From an uncultured Chloroflexia bacterium (GTDB lineage: Bacteria; Chloroflexota; Anaerolineae; Anaerolineales; Anaerolineaceae), in the NCBI GenBank assembly GCA_963704755.1, contig OY969938.1, forward strand, positions 3,990,001 to 4,022,000: a DNA stretch of 32,000 nt. The letters run 5' to 3'. Shown here piece after piece: positions 31,303 through 32,000 of the stretch. The translations under genes and the position numbers were made by a program. Numbering within the stretch: the stretch's first letter is position 1; each line of letters starts with the position of its first letter. The notes beneath the pieces are model-generated. The model made no database searches, was not told the origin of the DNA, and saw only the letters and a list, made by a program, of their open reading frames with translations.

Positions 31303-32000
31303 AACAACCCATTCGCTGTTTCGAGGGGAACGCAAAACCCCACGAACCGTTCTGGCGGTTACGCAACGCAGCCGAAACCGAAAGCGGGGAGGCAGAAGTC
31401 GAGCTTTACGGAGTCATTTCGGAATATTCCTGGTACGAGGACGACGTAACGCCCAAGATGTTCAAAGACGACCTGACCAAGCTGGGCGGAGGCGGGCCGG
31501 TGACCCTTCGGATCAACTCGGGCGGCGGAGACGTGATCGCGGCCAGCGTGATGCGGACGATCATCAAAGATTACACCGGGCGGGTCACGGTGAAGATCGA
31601 CGGCCTGGCCGCTTCGGCGGCCGTGGTGATCGCCCTGGCGGGCGACCGGATCCTGATCCAGGACACGGCCTACATGATGATCCACGACCCCGGATTTTCG
31701 GTGATGTTCGCCTACCTGGATATCGCCACCCTGCAAGGGATGGTCGATACGCTCAAAAGCGTCAAGGCGGGGATCCTGGACACCTATTCCGCCAGGACCG
31801 GGATTGGGGCCGACCGGATGGGGCGGATGATGGCCGATGAAACCTGGATGAGTGCAAACGAGGCGGTGAAACTGGGCTTCGCCGACGAAGTGATCGGCGG
31901 GGAGCGGGCGGCCCAGGATAACCAGGTCCTGGAAGAAGCCCTCAAGAACTACGTGCACGTTCCGGCCGGGCTGCTAAACCTTCAACAGCAGCCCGAGCCG
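31299..32000 (+). CDS. Prohead serine protease, ClpP/S49-like (3' end beyond window)
   Basis: The ATG overlaps the portal stop (ATATGA). INSGGGDVIAASVMRTIIKDY...IDGLAASAAVVIALAGDRILIQDTAYMMIHDP. It is missing from the ORF track because no stop lies in the window. Track ORFs 31277..31840 (+) and 31359..31958 (-) are off-frame shadows. Confidence 0.88.
   Translation, partial: MKQPIRCFEGNAKPHEPFWRLRNAAETESGEAEVELYGVISEYSWYEDDVTPKMFKDDLTKLGGGGPVTLRINSGGGDVIAASVMRTIIKDYTGRVTVKIDGLAASAAVVIALAGDRILIQDTAYMMIHDPGFSVMFAYLDIATLQGMVDTLKSVKAGILDTYSARTGIGADRMGRMMADETWMSANEAVKLGFADEVIGGERAAQDNQVLEEALKNYVHVPAGLLNLQQQPEP

Noticed and set aside
31277-31958. ORFs 31277..31840 (+) and 31359..31958 (-)
   Set aside because: The ClpP-like protease frame starting at 31299 (INSGGGDV, GLAASAA, MIHDP) explains the region. 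It is absent from the track only because it has no stop inside the window.

Overview
GC-rich bacterial chromosome segment with visibly AT-rich inserts, in three blocks. (1) 1-1530, host: metK (reverse strand, runs off the window edge) behind a textbook SAM-I riboswitch with its terminator. (2) about 1620-15500, integrase-headed accessory island. It starts with tRNA T-arm-like direct repeats (putative att), an excisionase-like HTH/zinc-ribbon gene and a tyrosine integrase. A decayed AT-rich second integrase copy follows, sharing a perfect 45-bp 3' repeat with the first. Next comes a run of reverse-strand cargo bounded on its left by a convergent (+ strand) orphan DPPY methyltransferase. The cargo is a membrane-anchored NB-ARC/TPR STAND NTPase and a low-GC three-gene cassette (small ORF, methyltransferase fused to an Mrr-like nuclease domain, and a 426-aa protein with two HEPN-like R-x4-6-H motifs). 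It continues with a TM/coiled-coil gene split by an intact IS3-family element with a 3-bp target duplication, a membrane-anchored thermonuclease and a polytopic membrane protein. (3) about 15550-32000, an HK97-like temperate prophage. It carries an XRE repressor, a cro-like gene with a palindromic operator, a second integrase, small TM proteins, an odd tRNA, SSB, and a replication initiator with embedded iteron-like repeats. It also carries a ParB-like protein, a low-GC moron cassette, a late leader, and holin / GH25 endolysin / HNH / terS / terL / portal / ClpP-like protease. The repressor, terS and terL each carry a frame disruption. My best candidates for an undescribed system are the MTase-Mrr plus dual-HEPN-like cassette and the adjacent 2TM-NB-ARC-TPR gene. 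All functional calls rest on motif recognition by eye; no database search was possible.
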